NCBI GenBank assembly: GCA_035710825.1
Contig: DASTCU010000219.1
Coordinates: forward strand, 2,134-66,133
Reading direction: 5' to 3'
Length of the DNA stretch: 64,000 nt
Source: Candidatus Sulfotelmatobacter sp.
GTDB taxonomy: Bacteria > Acidobacteriota > Terriglobia > Terriglobales > Acidobacteriaceae
Part shown: one piece after another, positions 15,834 through 25,500 of the stretch
How the letters are laid out: each line of letters begins with the position of its first letter
Position numbering within the stretch: the stretch's first letter is position 1
Notes under the pieces: generated by a model
Databases searched by the model: none
What the model was told of the DNA's origin: nothing
The model's input: the letters and a program-made list of their open reading frames with translations, nothing else
Translations under genes and position numbers: made by a program

Positions 15834-16982
15834 ATGAAATCAATCAAAACCGCAATCATTGGCACCGGATTCATGGGCCGCGTACATCTGGAGGCGGTCC
15901 AGCGCGTAGAGAATGTGGAAGCCGCCGGCATCGCGGGCAGAAATAAAGAAGCAGTGCAGCGGTTAGGCGCGGCCTTCTCCGTTCCGACAACGACCACCAA
16001 TTATCGCGATCTTCTTCGCGATCCCGAGATCGAAGCCGTGCACATTACAACGCCCAACGCGCAGCATTTCTCGATAGCAAAAGAAGCGCTCGAAGCGGGC
16101 AAGCATGTGCTTTGCGAGAAACCGCTTACGACCACCGTCGCCGAGGCGGAAGAACTAGCCTCCATCGCCGGCAAGCGGGGGTTGCGTAATTGTACTTGCC
16201 ACAATCTCCGCTATTACCCAATGGTGCAGCAGATGCGCCGCATGCGTGAGGCCGGTGACCTGGGCGACATTCTCGTGGTTCAGGGGACCTACTCCCAGGA
16301 CTGGCTCCTCTACGACACGGACTGGAATTGGCGCGTGGAAACGAAGGCTGCCGGCGCTTCGCGATGCATGGGAGACATCGGATCGCACTTCTTTGATATG
16401 GCCGAACACGTCAGCGGATTGCGCGTTAATTCCCTCTGCGCCGATCTGCAGACGTTCCACAAAACGCGCAAACAGCCGAAACACTCCGTCGAGACCTTTG
16501 CCAACAAATTGATGGGGCCGGAGGATTTCATCGAAACTCCGGTGGATACAGAAGATTTCGGCGCGGTCGTGTTCCGCATGGGGCCACGCACGCGCGGCTG
16601 CATGACGGCGAGCCAGGTTTCCGCCGGACGAAAGAATGGTTTCTGCCTTGAAGTCTATGGGACGAAGTCGTCGGTGTCCTGGAATCAGGAGCGGCCCGAC
16701 GAACTCTGGCAGGGTCACCGTGATACGGCAAATGGGATCTACATCAAAGACCCGTCGCTACTCAAGCCCGCGGCGCGCAGTTATGCCGACCTGCCGGGAG
16801 GCCATTGCGAAGGGTACGATGACACGTTCAAGCAAGTCTTCCGGCGCTTCTACGCGTCCATCCGCGACTCTGGCGAGCCCGAGTACCCGCAGTTCACCGA
16901 TGGGCTCCGGCAAATGGTCATCCTGAACAGCGTGCTTGAGAGCCATGGCAAGCGAGCGTGGGTGGACGTTCCCCGGGCTTAA
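15834..16982 (+). CDS. Gfo/Idh/MocA family oxidoreductase
   Basis: N-terminal Rossmann motif AIIGTGFMGRVH and the EKP motif (LCEKPL). 382 aa. Confidence 0.9.
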   Translation: MKSIKTAIIGTGFMGRVHLEAVQRVENVEAAGIAGRNKEAVQRLGAAFSVPTTTTNYRDLLRDPEIEAVHITTPNAQHFSIAKEALEAGKHVLCEKPLTTTVAEAEELASIAGKRGLRNCTCHNLRYYPMVQQMRRMREAGDLGDILVVQGTYSQDWLLYDTDWNWRVETKAAGASRCMGDIGSHFFDMAEHVSGLRVNSLCADLQTFHKTRKQPKHSVETFANKLMGPEDFIETPVDTEDFGAVVFRMGPRTRGCMTASQVSAGRKNGFCLEVYGTKSSVSWNQERPDELWQGHRDTANGIYIKDPSLLKPAARSYADLPGGHCEGYDDTFKQVFRRFYASIRDSGEPEYPQFTDGLRQMVILNSVLESHGKRAWVDVPRA

Positions 16983-17263
16983 GTCCGGAAATTGAAACAA
17001 GTTTCAGTTACCCACTTGCATGATTGACTCTCTGGGTTAGAATGCACCCACGCAATCTTCCGCGAGCACGGACACATCAAGCCGGCCGGCCACGCGGGAC
17101 TCAGGGCTCGCATAATCCAAAGACCTGAAATCCTACAGCCGATCGCAGGCATTTGAGTTGTATCACTGCATCCTTTGCCGCTTCAATTTTGTGGCTCACA
17201 GTTCGGCGGCAGGGATACGACTCTCCGTGCAAAAGTTGCGAACCACGATTCAGGGCTGAGCAC

Positions 17264-19834
17264 ATGATCGGGAAATCACTCCGTTCGTACCGCATCGAAA
17301 GCAAGATCGGGGCCGGAGGAATGGGCGTGGTCTACAAGGCGGTAGATTCCCGCCTGGGCCGGACGGCCGCCATCAAGATTCTTTCCACGGGAGCTCTCAA
17401 TCCCGAACGCGAGCGGCGTTTCATTCAGGAAGCCAAAGCAGCATCTTCGCTGAACCATCCCAACATCGTAACCATCTACGACATTGACACGCAGGAAGTC
17501 GACGGCAAGCCCGTGCAGTACATCGCCATGGAGTACGTGCCCGGCGATACGCTCGATCACCTGGTTGGGCGTAAGGGACTGCGCATTCGAGATGTGGTGA
17601 AGTATGCAGTTCAGATCGCCGACGCACTGGCGGCGGCTCACGCAGCGGGAATCGTGCATCGCGATCTTAAGCCATCGAATGTGATCGTGAGCCCTCAGGG
17701 AGTGGTCAAGATCCTTGATTTCGGCTTGGCCAAGCTGAGCGAATCGGAGGAAGCCGACGCCTATGCCGAAACCATGCACGGCCAGGGCGCACCGCTCACC
17801 GAAGAAGGCACCATCCTTGGAACCGTCGCCTACATGTCCCCCGAGCAAGCTGACGGCAAGAAGGTCGACAGCCGCTCCGACGTTTTTTCTTTCGGATCGG
17901 TGCTCTACGAAATGGCAACCGGGCAGCGCGCATTCTCGGGCGGCTCCAAATTGTCATCGCTTTCGGCAGTGCTCTACAAAGACCCACAACCGGCGTCGCA
18001 AGCGGCGGCCGAAGTACCTTCGGAGCTGGATCGGATTATTGCGCGGTGCTTAAAAAAGGATCCCGAGCGACGCTGGCAGACCATGGCGGATGTAAAGGTG
18101 GCGCTGGAAGAGTTGCGCGACGAGATGGATTCGAGCCGCGTTGCGGTCGCCGGTCATGCGCCCGCCCCCCGTGTTAAGCCGCGTACCCAGTTCTGGGCAG
18201 GCGTGGGCGTACTGATCGGGGTGTTGCTTGGACTGGCGCTGCGCATCACATACGAGAATCAACAGAAGTTCGCGCACCCCAGCGATCCGCCATCTTTTCA
18301 GCGCTTGACGTTTCGCCGTGGTGACGTGACCTCTGCGAAGTTTGCTCCCGGCGGCACGGTCGTCTACAGCGCCGAATGGGACGGATCACCCTCTACATTA
18401 TTTTCCGCACAGCCGGGTAATCACGAAGGACGGCCTCTGGCTCTTCCCAGCGCAAGGGTACTCGCGGTCTCGCAAAGCGGAGAAATGGCGATCCTGCTAG
18501 GAGGCGAAGATGTAGGCACTCTCGCCCGAGTGCCGTTTGGCGCCGGCGCGCCGCGACAGGTACTGGAGGGTGTAAGTGGCGCGGACTGGGGACCCGATGG
18601 AGAATCGCTCGCCGTAGTGCGCGCGGTTGGCGGCAAGTTTCGGCTCGAGTATCCCATCGGCAGCGTGCTATTTGAAGCCGAGAAGCGCCCCCCCATGATG
18701 CCCCGCGTCTCTGCGGATGGGAAGCTGGTGGCCTTCTTCGATTTCGATGTGGAAGTCGGGGACTATGCGCTGTGTGTCATCGGCTCCAATCATCCCCGGC
18801 AAGTTCTTTCACGTGGATGGCGCGCCATTGGGGCTTTGAATTGGTCGCCCGACAACAATGAGATATGGTTCTCCGGAAGTCAGCCTGGGGCCGATCCAGC
18901 GCTTTACGCTGTCACCCTCTCGGGCGCGCAGCGGCTGGTCACGCAGACTGGCGGAATCATCGTGATGCAAGACGTAGCCCGCGACGGCCGCGTTCTTCTC
19001 AGCACAGTGAATTCACGACTGGGAATTCTTTTCCTTCCGCCGAGCGGCCCCCCTCGCGATCTCGCCTGGCTTGACGCTTCGCTGATTTACGAGCTTTCCA
19101 ACGACGCGCAATCCCTGGTTTTCGTAGAGCTGTCGAATGGCCAGGGACGCAATTCGGCCATCTATTTGAGAAAGAGCGACGGTTCTCCCGCAATCCAACT
19201 TGGCTACGGAAACCGGCCGTCGCTTTCGCCGGATGGAAAGTGGGTGGCCTGCATCCATCATGAGGGCGACCGCTCCAGCTTGATGTTGCTTCCCACCGGT
19301 CCCGGGGAATCCAAATTCCCCAAGATCGAGGGAATGCACTTCGACGGCGTGGAGTGGTTTCCCGACAACAAGCGCATTCTGTTCACGGGAAACGAAACCG
19401 GTCACGCGACGCGGACCTGGATGTATGACGTGGACGCAAACAAGTGGACGCCCCTCACCCCGGAAGGCACCCGCGGGACGCGAGTTTCGCCCGATGGGCA
19501 GTGGTTCATCACTGTCGATCCGCACAAATTGCTCATTTCTCCGGTTGCGGGTGGGGACTCAAAGACCATTCTTGACCTGCAGCCCGGGGAAAGTGTCGCG
19601 CGCTGGAGCGGCGATGGGCGCTATCTTTTCTTGCAGCAGCGGGAACCAGCCAGCATCAAGATCAGTCGTTTGGAGATCGCGACCCATCGTCGCGAGCCTT
19701 GGCGGGTGATAAAGGCGCCTGAACCAGGAGCTCAGTTCTTTGGACCGTTAGCTCTCTCGGCTGATGGGAAAGCATGCGCGACCACTTTTCAGCACGACCT
19801 TGCCAACCTATTCCTTGTGCGAGGCCTGAAATAA
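17264..19834 (+). CDS. Hanks-type Ser/Thr protein kinase with TM segment and C-terminal TolB-like beta-propeller
   Basis: Kinase motifs GAGGMGVVYKA, AIK, HRDLKPSN, DFG and YMSPEQ. TM segment FWAGVGVLIGVLLGLAL. The C-terminal part has repeated SPDG / WSPD propeller motifs. I chose ATG 17264; the track ORF begins at TTG 17153. Confidence 0.9.
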   Translation: MIGKSLRSYRIESKIGAGGMGVVYKAVDSRLGRTAAIKILSTGALNPERERRFIQEAKAASSLNHPNIVTIYDIDTQEVDGKPVQYIAMEYVPGDTLDHLVGRKGLRIRDVVKYAVQIADALAAAHAAGIVHRDLKPSNVIVSPQGVVKILDFGLAKLSESEEADAYAETMHGQGAPLTEEGTILGTVAYMSPEQADGKKVDSRSDVFSFGSVLYEMATGQRAFSGGSKLSSLSAVLYKDPQPASQAAAEVPSELDRIIARCLKKDPERRWQTMADVKVALEELRDEMDSSRVAVAGHAPAPRVKPRTQFWAGVGVLIGVLLGLALRITYENQQKFAHPSDPPSFQRLTFRRGDVTSAKFAPGGTVVYSAEWDGSPSTLFSAQPGNHEGRPLALPSARVLAVSQSGEMAILLGGEDVGTLARVPFGAGAPRQVLEGVSGADWGPDGESLAVVRAVGGKFRLEYPIGSVLFEAEKRPPMMPRVSADGKLVAFFDFDVEVGDYALCVIGSNHPRQVLSRGWRAIGALNWSPDNNEIWFSGSQPGADPALYAVTLSGAQRLVTQTGGIIVMQDVARDGRVLLSTVNSRLGILFLPPSGPPRDLAWLDASLIYELSNDAQSLVFVELSNGQGRNSAIYLRKSDGSPAIQLGYGNRPSLSPDGKWVACIHHEGDRSSLMLLPTGPGESKFPKIEGMHFDGVEWFPDNKRILFTGNETGHATRTWMYDVDANKWTPLTPEGTRGTRVSPDGQWFITVDPHKLLISPVAGGDSKTILDLQPGESVARWSGDGRYLFLQQREPASIKISRLEIATHRREPWRVIKAPEPGAQFFGPLALSADGKACATTFQHDLANLFLVRGLK

Positions 19835-19869
19835 ACGCATCCAGCCGGCCTTCCACCGAGCGTGCCACA

Positions 19870-21849
19870 TTACGCTTGCCGCTGCCGCTTGGGCTTCAGG
19901 TTCAGCGTGCGGATCAAACGGAACAGGTGGTTGGGATGCACCCCGAGAATTCGGGCAGCCTCTGTGTAATTCCCGTTCGCCTGGTCGATCGCCCGCTCGA
20001 TCAGCGTCTTCTTCGCCTCGCGGATGCCTTCGTGCAACGGGCTGACGGGCTCTCCTGAAGAGGCGGTTTCTTCCAAAATAGAGTCTGGCAAATCCTCCGC
20101 GAGGATTAACTCCGTCGATCCCAGAACCACCGCCCGTTCAATCGCGTTCTCCAGTTCGCGAACGTTGCCAGGCCAGTCATAGCGCATCATGCAGGCACGG
20201 GCTTCAGGAGCAATCCCCGCCACCCGGCGCTTGACCTTCTCGCCATAGTGCGCGGCAAAGAATGCTGCAAGCAAAGGGATGTCTTCGCGGCGCTCGCGCA
20301 ATGCCGGCATATGCAACGACACAACATTCAATCGATAGTAGAGATCCGGGCGAAACCCTCCCGTGCGCGACGCCTCTTTCAGATCGCGATTGGTTGCCGC
20401 GATGAGCCGCACGTCAAGCTTGATAGGACGCGTGCCGCCAACCCGCTCGAACTCCCTCTCTTGCAAAACGCGCAGAAGCTTGGCTTGCATGGGGACAGCA
20501 AGCTCGCCGATTTCGTCCAGAAAGACCGTGCCTCCCTCGGCGATTTCCAGCTTCCCTTTTTTCTGCGAGACCGCTCCGGTAAAGGCTCCGCGTTCGTGTC
20601 CAAACAACTCGCTCTCCAGCAAGGTTTCGGTGATGGCAGCGCAGTTAATGGCCACGAACGGTTTATCGGCGCGTGGGCTATTGATATGAACGGCCCGCGC
20701 CACCAGTTCTTTTCCTGTGCCGCTTTCGCCCGAGATTAGTACCGTTGAATCGCGCCCTGCAACCCGGGATACGAATGCATACACGTCGTGCATGGCCTTG
20801 CTCTCACCCACCATGCTGTGATGGATATTCAGTTCCTCGTGCAGTCGGCGGTTCTCTCCGCCGAGCCTATCGAGGTGCCGGGCGTTCTCAAGCGCCAAGG
20901 CCGTGATATTTCCGAGAGTCGTGACCAACTGCAGAAGCTCGGCGTCAAAGCGAGCGCCGGGGGAACTGGCATCCAGGTACAGAATCCCAAGAACTTTTTC
21001 CTGGAGGGAAAGCGGCACCGCCAATACCGAATGCACCCGCCGTTCGATCAAGCTCTCGACCTGACGATAGGCGTCCTCGCTCTGGACATCATTCGACAGC
21101 ACCGCCAGGTTCTCCTCAAGGACGCGGTTCAGGATGGTCTGGCTGGCGTGGATCGGCTGATTGGGACCCAGGCGGCGATGCCTTCCCACTACTGAAGAGA
21201 ATCCGGCCACGTCGTCTTCCGTCAACATGATAGCTGCTTGATCCGCGGGGACGATCCCGAGCACGGCCTCCAGGACCTTCTCCTGCAGGGCTGCCAGGCC
21301 GCGCACCGAATTCAAGGTCCGGCTGAAGTCGAGCAGCACATTGAGGTCGCGAACCGTTTTAGCAGTCGCGGGCAGCGCCTCAGGCCGCGCAGGCTGCAGG
21401 TAGAGAGCATCCTCCTTGCGCAGGATAACGGTCGCGGAGCCCGGCACCGGGCTTGCATCCAGTTGGAGAGAGAGATTGCCCGGGTTGGTCTCACTATTTG
21501 GTCCTTGAAAGATGAGGACTGAGTTCCCGACCCGGATCTGATCGCCGGGGACCAGGACCCGCTCCCGTACCGGGACGCCGCTTACGAAAGTATTGTTGCG
21601 GCTCTCCAAGTCCAGGAGGCGGAAAGCATCACTTTCCTTGCGAATTACACAGTGACGCCGGGAGACCAGGGAATCGAGTAGCGAGATCTCGTTGGAGGGA
21701 TCGCGGCCGATGGAGACCTCACCGGTTGTCAGCGAGAAGAGTTTTCCTTTGAGAGGACCGCTTACCGCTTCTAGCCGCGCGCCGGCTACGGAAGCACGAA
21801 TCTCTCCAGTCGAATCGCCCATGACGCAATGAGTATACCCGCAGGTCAC
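19870..21849 (-). CDS. sigma54-dependent transcriptional activator with FHA and GAF sensory domains
   Basis: FHA motif ([24 protein letters not shown]), a GAF-like middle region, AAA+ Walker A GESGTGKE, the GAFTGA sigma54-contact motif, and a C-terminal Fis-type HTH ([21 protein letters not shown]). An alternative ATG start lies at 21822. Confidence 0.9.
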   Translation of the reverse strand: MTCGYTHCVMGDSTGEIRASVAGARLEAVSGPLKGKLFSLTTGEVSIGRDPSNEISLLDSLVSRRHCVIRKESDAFRLLDLESRNNTFVSGVPVRERVLVPGDQIRVGNSVLIFQGPNSETNPGNLSLQLDASPVPGSATVILRKEDALYLQPARPEALPATAKTVRDLNVLLDFSRTLNSVRGLAALQEKVLEAVLGIVPADQAAIMLTEDDVAGFSSVVGRHRRLGPNQPIHASQTILNRVLEENLAVLSNDVQSEDAYRQVESLIERRVHSVLAVPLSLQEKVLGILYLDASSPGARFDAELLQLVTTLGNITALALENARHLDRLGGENRRLHEELNIHHSMVGESKAMHDVYAFVSRVAGRDSTVLISGESGTGKELVARAVHINSPRADKPFVAINCAAITETLLESELFGHERGAFTGAVSQKKGKLEIAEGGTVFLDEIGELAVPMQAKLLRVLQEREFERVGGTRPIKLDVRLIAATNRDLKEASRTGGFRPDLYYRLNVVSLHMPALRERREDIPLLAAFFAAHYGEKVKRRVAGIAPEARACMMRYDWPGNVRELENAIERAVVLGSTELILAEDLPDSILEETASSGEPVSPLHEGIREAKKTLIERAIDQANGNYTEAARILGVHPNHLFRLIRTLNLKPKRQRQA

Positions 21850-21866
21850 GGCTCCGGCTGCCCGTA

Positions 21867-21903
21867 CCTAACAGAAATGTTAGGCACACGCGCTTATGTT
21901 AGG
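21867..21903. promoter_or_regulatory. candidate activator binding sites (palindrome CCTAACA-N4-TGTTAGG plus a third TGTTAGG half-site)
   Basis: A perfect 7-bp inverted repeat sits at 21867..21884 and the half-site repeats at 21897..21903. These lie about 120-150 bp upstream of the sigma54 promoter, the usual distance for an upstream activating sequence (UAS). Confidence 0.35.
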
Positions 21904-22019
21904 GATTGTTATGCCGTGGCGTGACGGGATGACCGGGCATAGTACCCAGAAAGCGAAGTTTGGCCTTTGTTTCTGGGGGAATACGGGCGGATGCACGCCG
22001 CTTGCCGATAGGCCTCTTT

Positions 22020-22035
22020 TGGCACCTGCCTTGCA
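22020..22035 (+). promoter_or_regulatory. sigma54 (-24/-12) promoter
   Basis: TGGCACctgccTTGCA matches the TGGCAC-N5-TTGCW consensus exactly. It lies 66 nt upstream of ATG 22101 and is divergent from the sigma54 activator gene. Confidence 0.75.
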
Positions 22036-22100
22036 TTACTAAGGTCACTTGCGGCGGGCAATCCGAAGCAAGCAAATCCCAGGTCCCAAGGAGCAAGACA

Positions 22101-22283
22101 ATGATGGCAAAGATGAATGCGAAGCTGGCAATCCGGATCGCGGTTCTCACTCTTGGCATGGTAGGCGCGTTCGTAGCAGCCAGCGTTCAGCCCATGGCCA
22201 CCGCCACGGATGGAGGGCCGCTCATTCTGTGCAAGCCCGGAACCACCAACTGCACATCCACCCTGCCCCCGCTGAACAGCTAG
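22101..22283 (+). CDS. small secreted peptide (60-aa precursor, two Cys in the mature part)
   Basis: AAGGAG lies 7 nt upstream of the ATG. Product: MMAKMNAKLAIRIAVLTLGMVGAFVAASVQPMATATDGGPLILCKPGTTNCTSTLPPLNS, with a basic n-region and a hydrophobic h-region. It is bracketed by the sigma54 promoter and a terminator. The track ORF 21960..22283 is the same frame with an implausible upstream extension. Confidence 0.65.
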   Translation: MMAKMNAKLAIRIAVLTLGMVGAFVAASVQPMATATDGGPLILCKPGTTNCTSTLPPLNS

Positions 22284-22358
22284 ACCGGAAATACGCTGCG
22301 ACCACTTCGACAGGGGCGTCATAAATTGGGCTCGGATAATTTGGGCTCGCGATCTTGG

Positions 22359-22397
22359 GGCTGACGGGGATAATGAACCCCGCCAGCCGCAGTTTTT
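22359..22397 (+). terminator. intrinsic terminator after the small peptide gene
   Basis: GGCTGACGGGG-ataatgaa-CCCCGCCAGCC (11-bp stem, one mismatch), followed after 4 nt by TTTTT. Confidence 0.55.
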
Positions 22398-22566
22398 GGG
22401 GGCGATTCTCAGGAGTGATGATCCGGCGGAGAGGCAGGCTTCTCATCAGCGACGAACTCTTGTCGGAGTATCATCGTATACTGCCAAGCGATGAGGCGAA
22501 CCTCAACAAACTGAAATGAACCGCCCGGGGACCAATAGTCGCATGCCGTCCGCTTGGTTTTACCTC

Positions 22567-25500
22567 TCACTGCACCGTGAGGCTGAGAGCTGTCGAATGC
22601 GATATGCTGCCCGAGGTTGCTGTGACCGTGATGGTGTAGGTGCTCGGTTGTGGCACCGTAGAGGCTGAGTTTCCGCATCCCAAAACCACTCCGGCTGATC
22701 CCATCGCGATCAATAATAGGACGGCTCCGTGCACTCGCTTTAAGGGACGCCTGCCCTTTATTCCGCTACACAATACCAGTATTCCCATCAGCGGAAACGC
22801 TGCGCCGAGTACCGAAACATCAGATCTGCGGGCGGCGGCAGTGGTCGCAGGCACCTGGACACTTACTGTTACATTAGTTGCTGCCGCCCCGGCCGCTATG
22901 ATTTGAGGAGTGATGGTGATTGTTGAACCCACCGGCCCACCACTTGCCGTGAGCGTCACCGCAGCTGGAAATCTTGATCCGGTTGAAGGACTGATACTCA
23001 GGTGATAGGTTGCAGTACCGCCTGCTGAAACGGATGCATTGCGGGTGCCTCCGCTTGCGATGTTCACCGTCACATCGGAAACAACCTGTGACACTGCTGA
23101 ACTGGTCACCGACAAGAAATTCGAGTCGCCGGAGTACACAGCTGTGATCGAGTGCGTTCCGGACGACAGGTTTGCCGTCGCGTACGTGGCATCGCCCGAC
23201 TGCAGCGTGCCCGAACCGAGAAGTGTCGTCCCATCGTAGAAGTCGACCGATCCCGTGGGTGTGCTCGCCGAAGCGGAGACTGTCGCCGTAAAGCTAACGC
23301 TGCTCGATAAGACTGCGGGGTTTGCTGACGAGACCAATAGGACTGAAGGCTCCGCTTTATTGACCGTGAGCGGCACACTCCCACTCGCAGAATCGTAGGC
23401 GATCTCGTCGGAAGGAGTGAAGATGACCGAGAGTGTGTAGATACCGACTCCCAAAACCGTTGCGGTGGTTACCGTACTTGCTGTCCCCCCTACAGCCGTC
23501 GCCGTATAGGCAAAGGTACCGGCAACCGGACTCGCCCCATTGGTTGCCGTAGCGTTCAGAATACCGCTCAGAGTCGTGCCGTAGTCAATGGCTGACGGCT
23601 GCGTCCACGTGATGGTCGGCGTAGTCGGGCTCACGCCGGTTCCACTTACCGCTACGTTCTGTGTAGCACTGCTTCCGTTGAGATGATTGTTCGTGACAAC
23701 CAGGCTCGCACTCAAACTTCCCGCCGACTGCGGCGTAAATAGCACGGACACGTCGCATGTCTCACCCGGTTCTAGCGATGTGCTTGAAGAGCACAGGCTG
23801 GCGTCCAAGCTATCCTCTGAGAAATCCGCCGTGTAGCTGGTGTCGCTGCTGAAGGCAAGCGCCTGATTCCCAAGGTTGGTTACTGTCGCGGTCTTTGGGC
23901 TATCGCTACTGGTGCCCCCGATGGATGTATTCGCAAACCGGAGGACAGCGCCACTTACGTTTACACTCAGCACGCGATTATATGACCAGTCCACAGCGTA
24001 GATGTTCCCATTACTATCGGTGGTAACGCCGTACATTATGGTTCCAATCGTCTGACCCGGCGTCTGGACCACCGAGGCAGTACCGGCAAGGGTCACCTGC
24101 ACGACACGCCGGTGACCGGAATCGGCGATGTACAAGTTCCCATTGCCATCGACAGCCACCCCCTGAGGATTGGTCAGAGTGAGTCCGGTGACGCTGACCA
24201 GAGATGCTGCGCCCGACGGTGTCACCTTCACGATATGGTTGGCAATGCGGTCCGCGATGTAGATGTTCCCGCTAGGGTCGACCGCCACTCCAGTAACACC
24301 CATTGAACTGAGCGTATAGCTCCCTGTGGCAACGACGTACCCTGCGCCTGCTGGTGTTACTTTGACAACCCGGTCGTTACCCCAGTCGGCGATGTAGAGA
24401 TTACCTGCTCCATCAAGAGCCAGAGCTGCCGGTTGGTTGATCGCCGTGCCTAAGCCCGTAACGGTGAAAACCGATGCTGCCCCTGTGGAAGTCACCAGCA
24501 CAATCCGATTGTGGCCATAATCGGCGATGTACAGATTGCCTGCTCCATCGACAGCCACGCCACATGCCTCAAGCAGAGTAAGCCCTCCCGTGCTGACCAC
24601 GGAAGCACTTCCGCCACCCGCGGCAATCTTCACTACGTTGTTGCCGGTGTAATTCCCCACGTAGAGGTTCCCCGCGCCGTCGATCGCCACCCCGAATGGT
24701 GAACCGATAGATACCCCTCCAGTGCTGACAATGGTGGCGGTCCCCGGCGATAGGGCCGCTAACGGGGCCCCTCCGCTGCCATATATGGGAACGAATGCCA
24801 GAAGGGTCGAACTCTGGTCGAACAGGGCCACGCCGCCTCGCCGCAAACCCGACGCAAGCGGCAAGAATTGCACTTCCACGTTGCAGGTGGTGTTGGTCGT
24901 GCCGTTCGCGCAAGTTGTGCCGGCACCGAGGGTGAAATCAAGGCTCTGAGCACCGAGCGTCAGCGCCTGCACGCTGCCGAGAGTGGCAGCAACGCCAATT
25001 GTGAATGGCAACGTGAAGGACTTGCCCGACATCGCCCCGACTTGCAGTTGGCCAAAACCGACAGCGGAGAGCATCAGCAACGCAACGCGGCTATTGGACG
25101 TATCGGCGACATGAATTGCTCCGGAAATGTCCACAGCCACGGCATTGGGAGCATTGAGAGTGAGGCTGCCCGTGCTGGGCACCGATCCAACTCCGGCGGA
25201 TGTCACTTGCACGACGCGGTTGTTGCCGGAATCCGCGATGAAGAGGTTTGCGAAACCATCCACCGCAACACCGGTGGGAGCGCTGAGCGCAGTGCCCAAG
25301 CCCGAGATGCTTACGGCTGAGCCTGCACCCCCGGTGGTTACCTTCACGATGCGATTGTTGCCCGAGTCAGCAATGTAGAGATTTCCCGAAACATCGACAC
25401 TTAACCCTGCAGGAGCACTTAGAGCGGTTCCTAAGCCGGTGATGTTCAACGCCGCCGCAGAGCCGCCCGACGGCAATTTTATGATCCGGTTGTTGTCAGT

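Noticed and set aside
17153-17263. A 37-codon N-terminal extension of the kinase ORF (TTG start).
   Set aside because: The extension is Cys/Arg-rich with no function. ATG 17264 places the start about 15 residues before the GxGxxG loop, as is usual for Hanks kinases.
21899-22322. Minus-strand track ORFs (86 and 137 aa) across the small peptide locus.
   Set aside because: The plus-strand reading is supported by a promoter, an SD, a signal-peptide-like product and a terminator. The minus-strand products are Arg/Cys/Gly-rich with no signals.
22384-22518. A plus-strand frame reading ...GRFSGVMIRRRGRLLISDELLSEYHRILPSDEANLNKLK* looks like the middle of a PIN_3-type toxin (G.f.L.vS..il.Ey..vL), possibly a gene relic.
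   Set aside because: It is only about 40 residues, with no start codon and no N-terminal acidic PIN residues. It partly overlaps the terminator hairpin, and the similarity is a by-eye impression that cannot be verified here.
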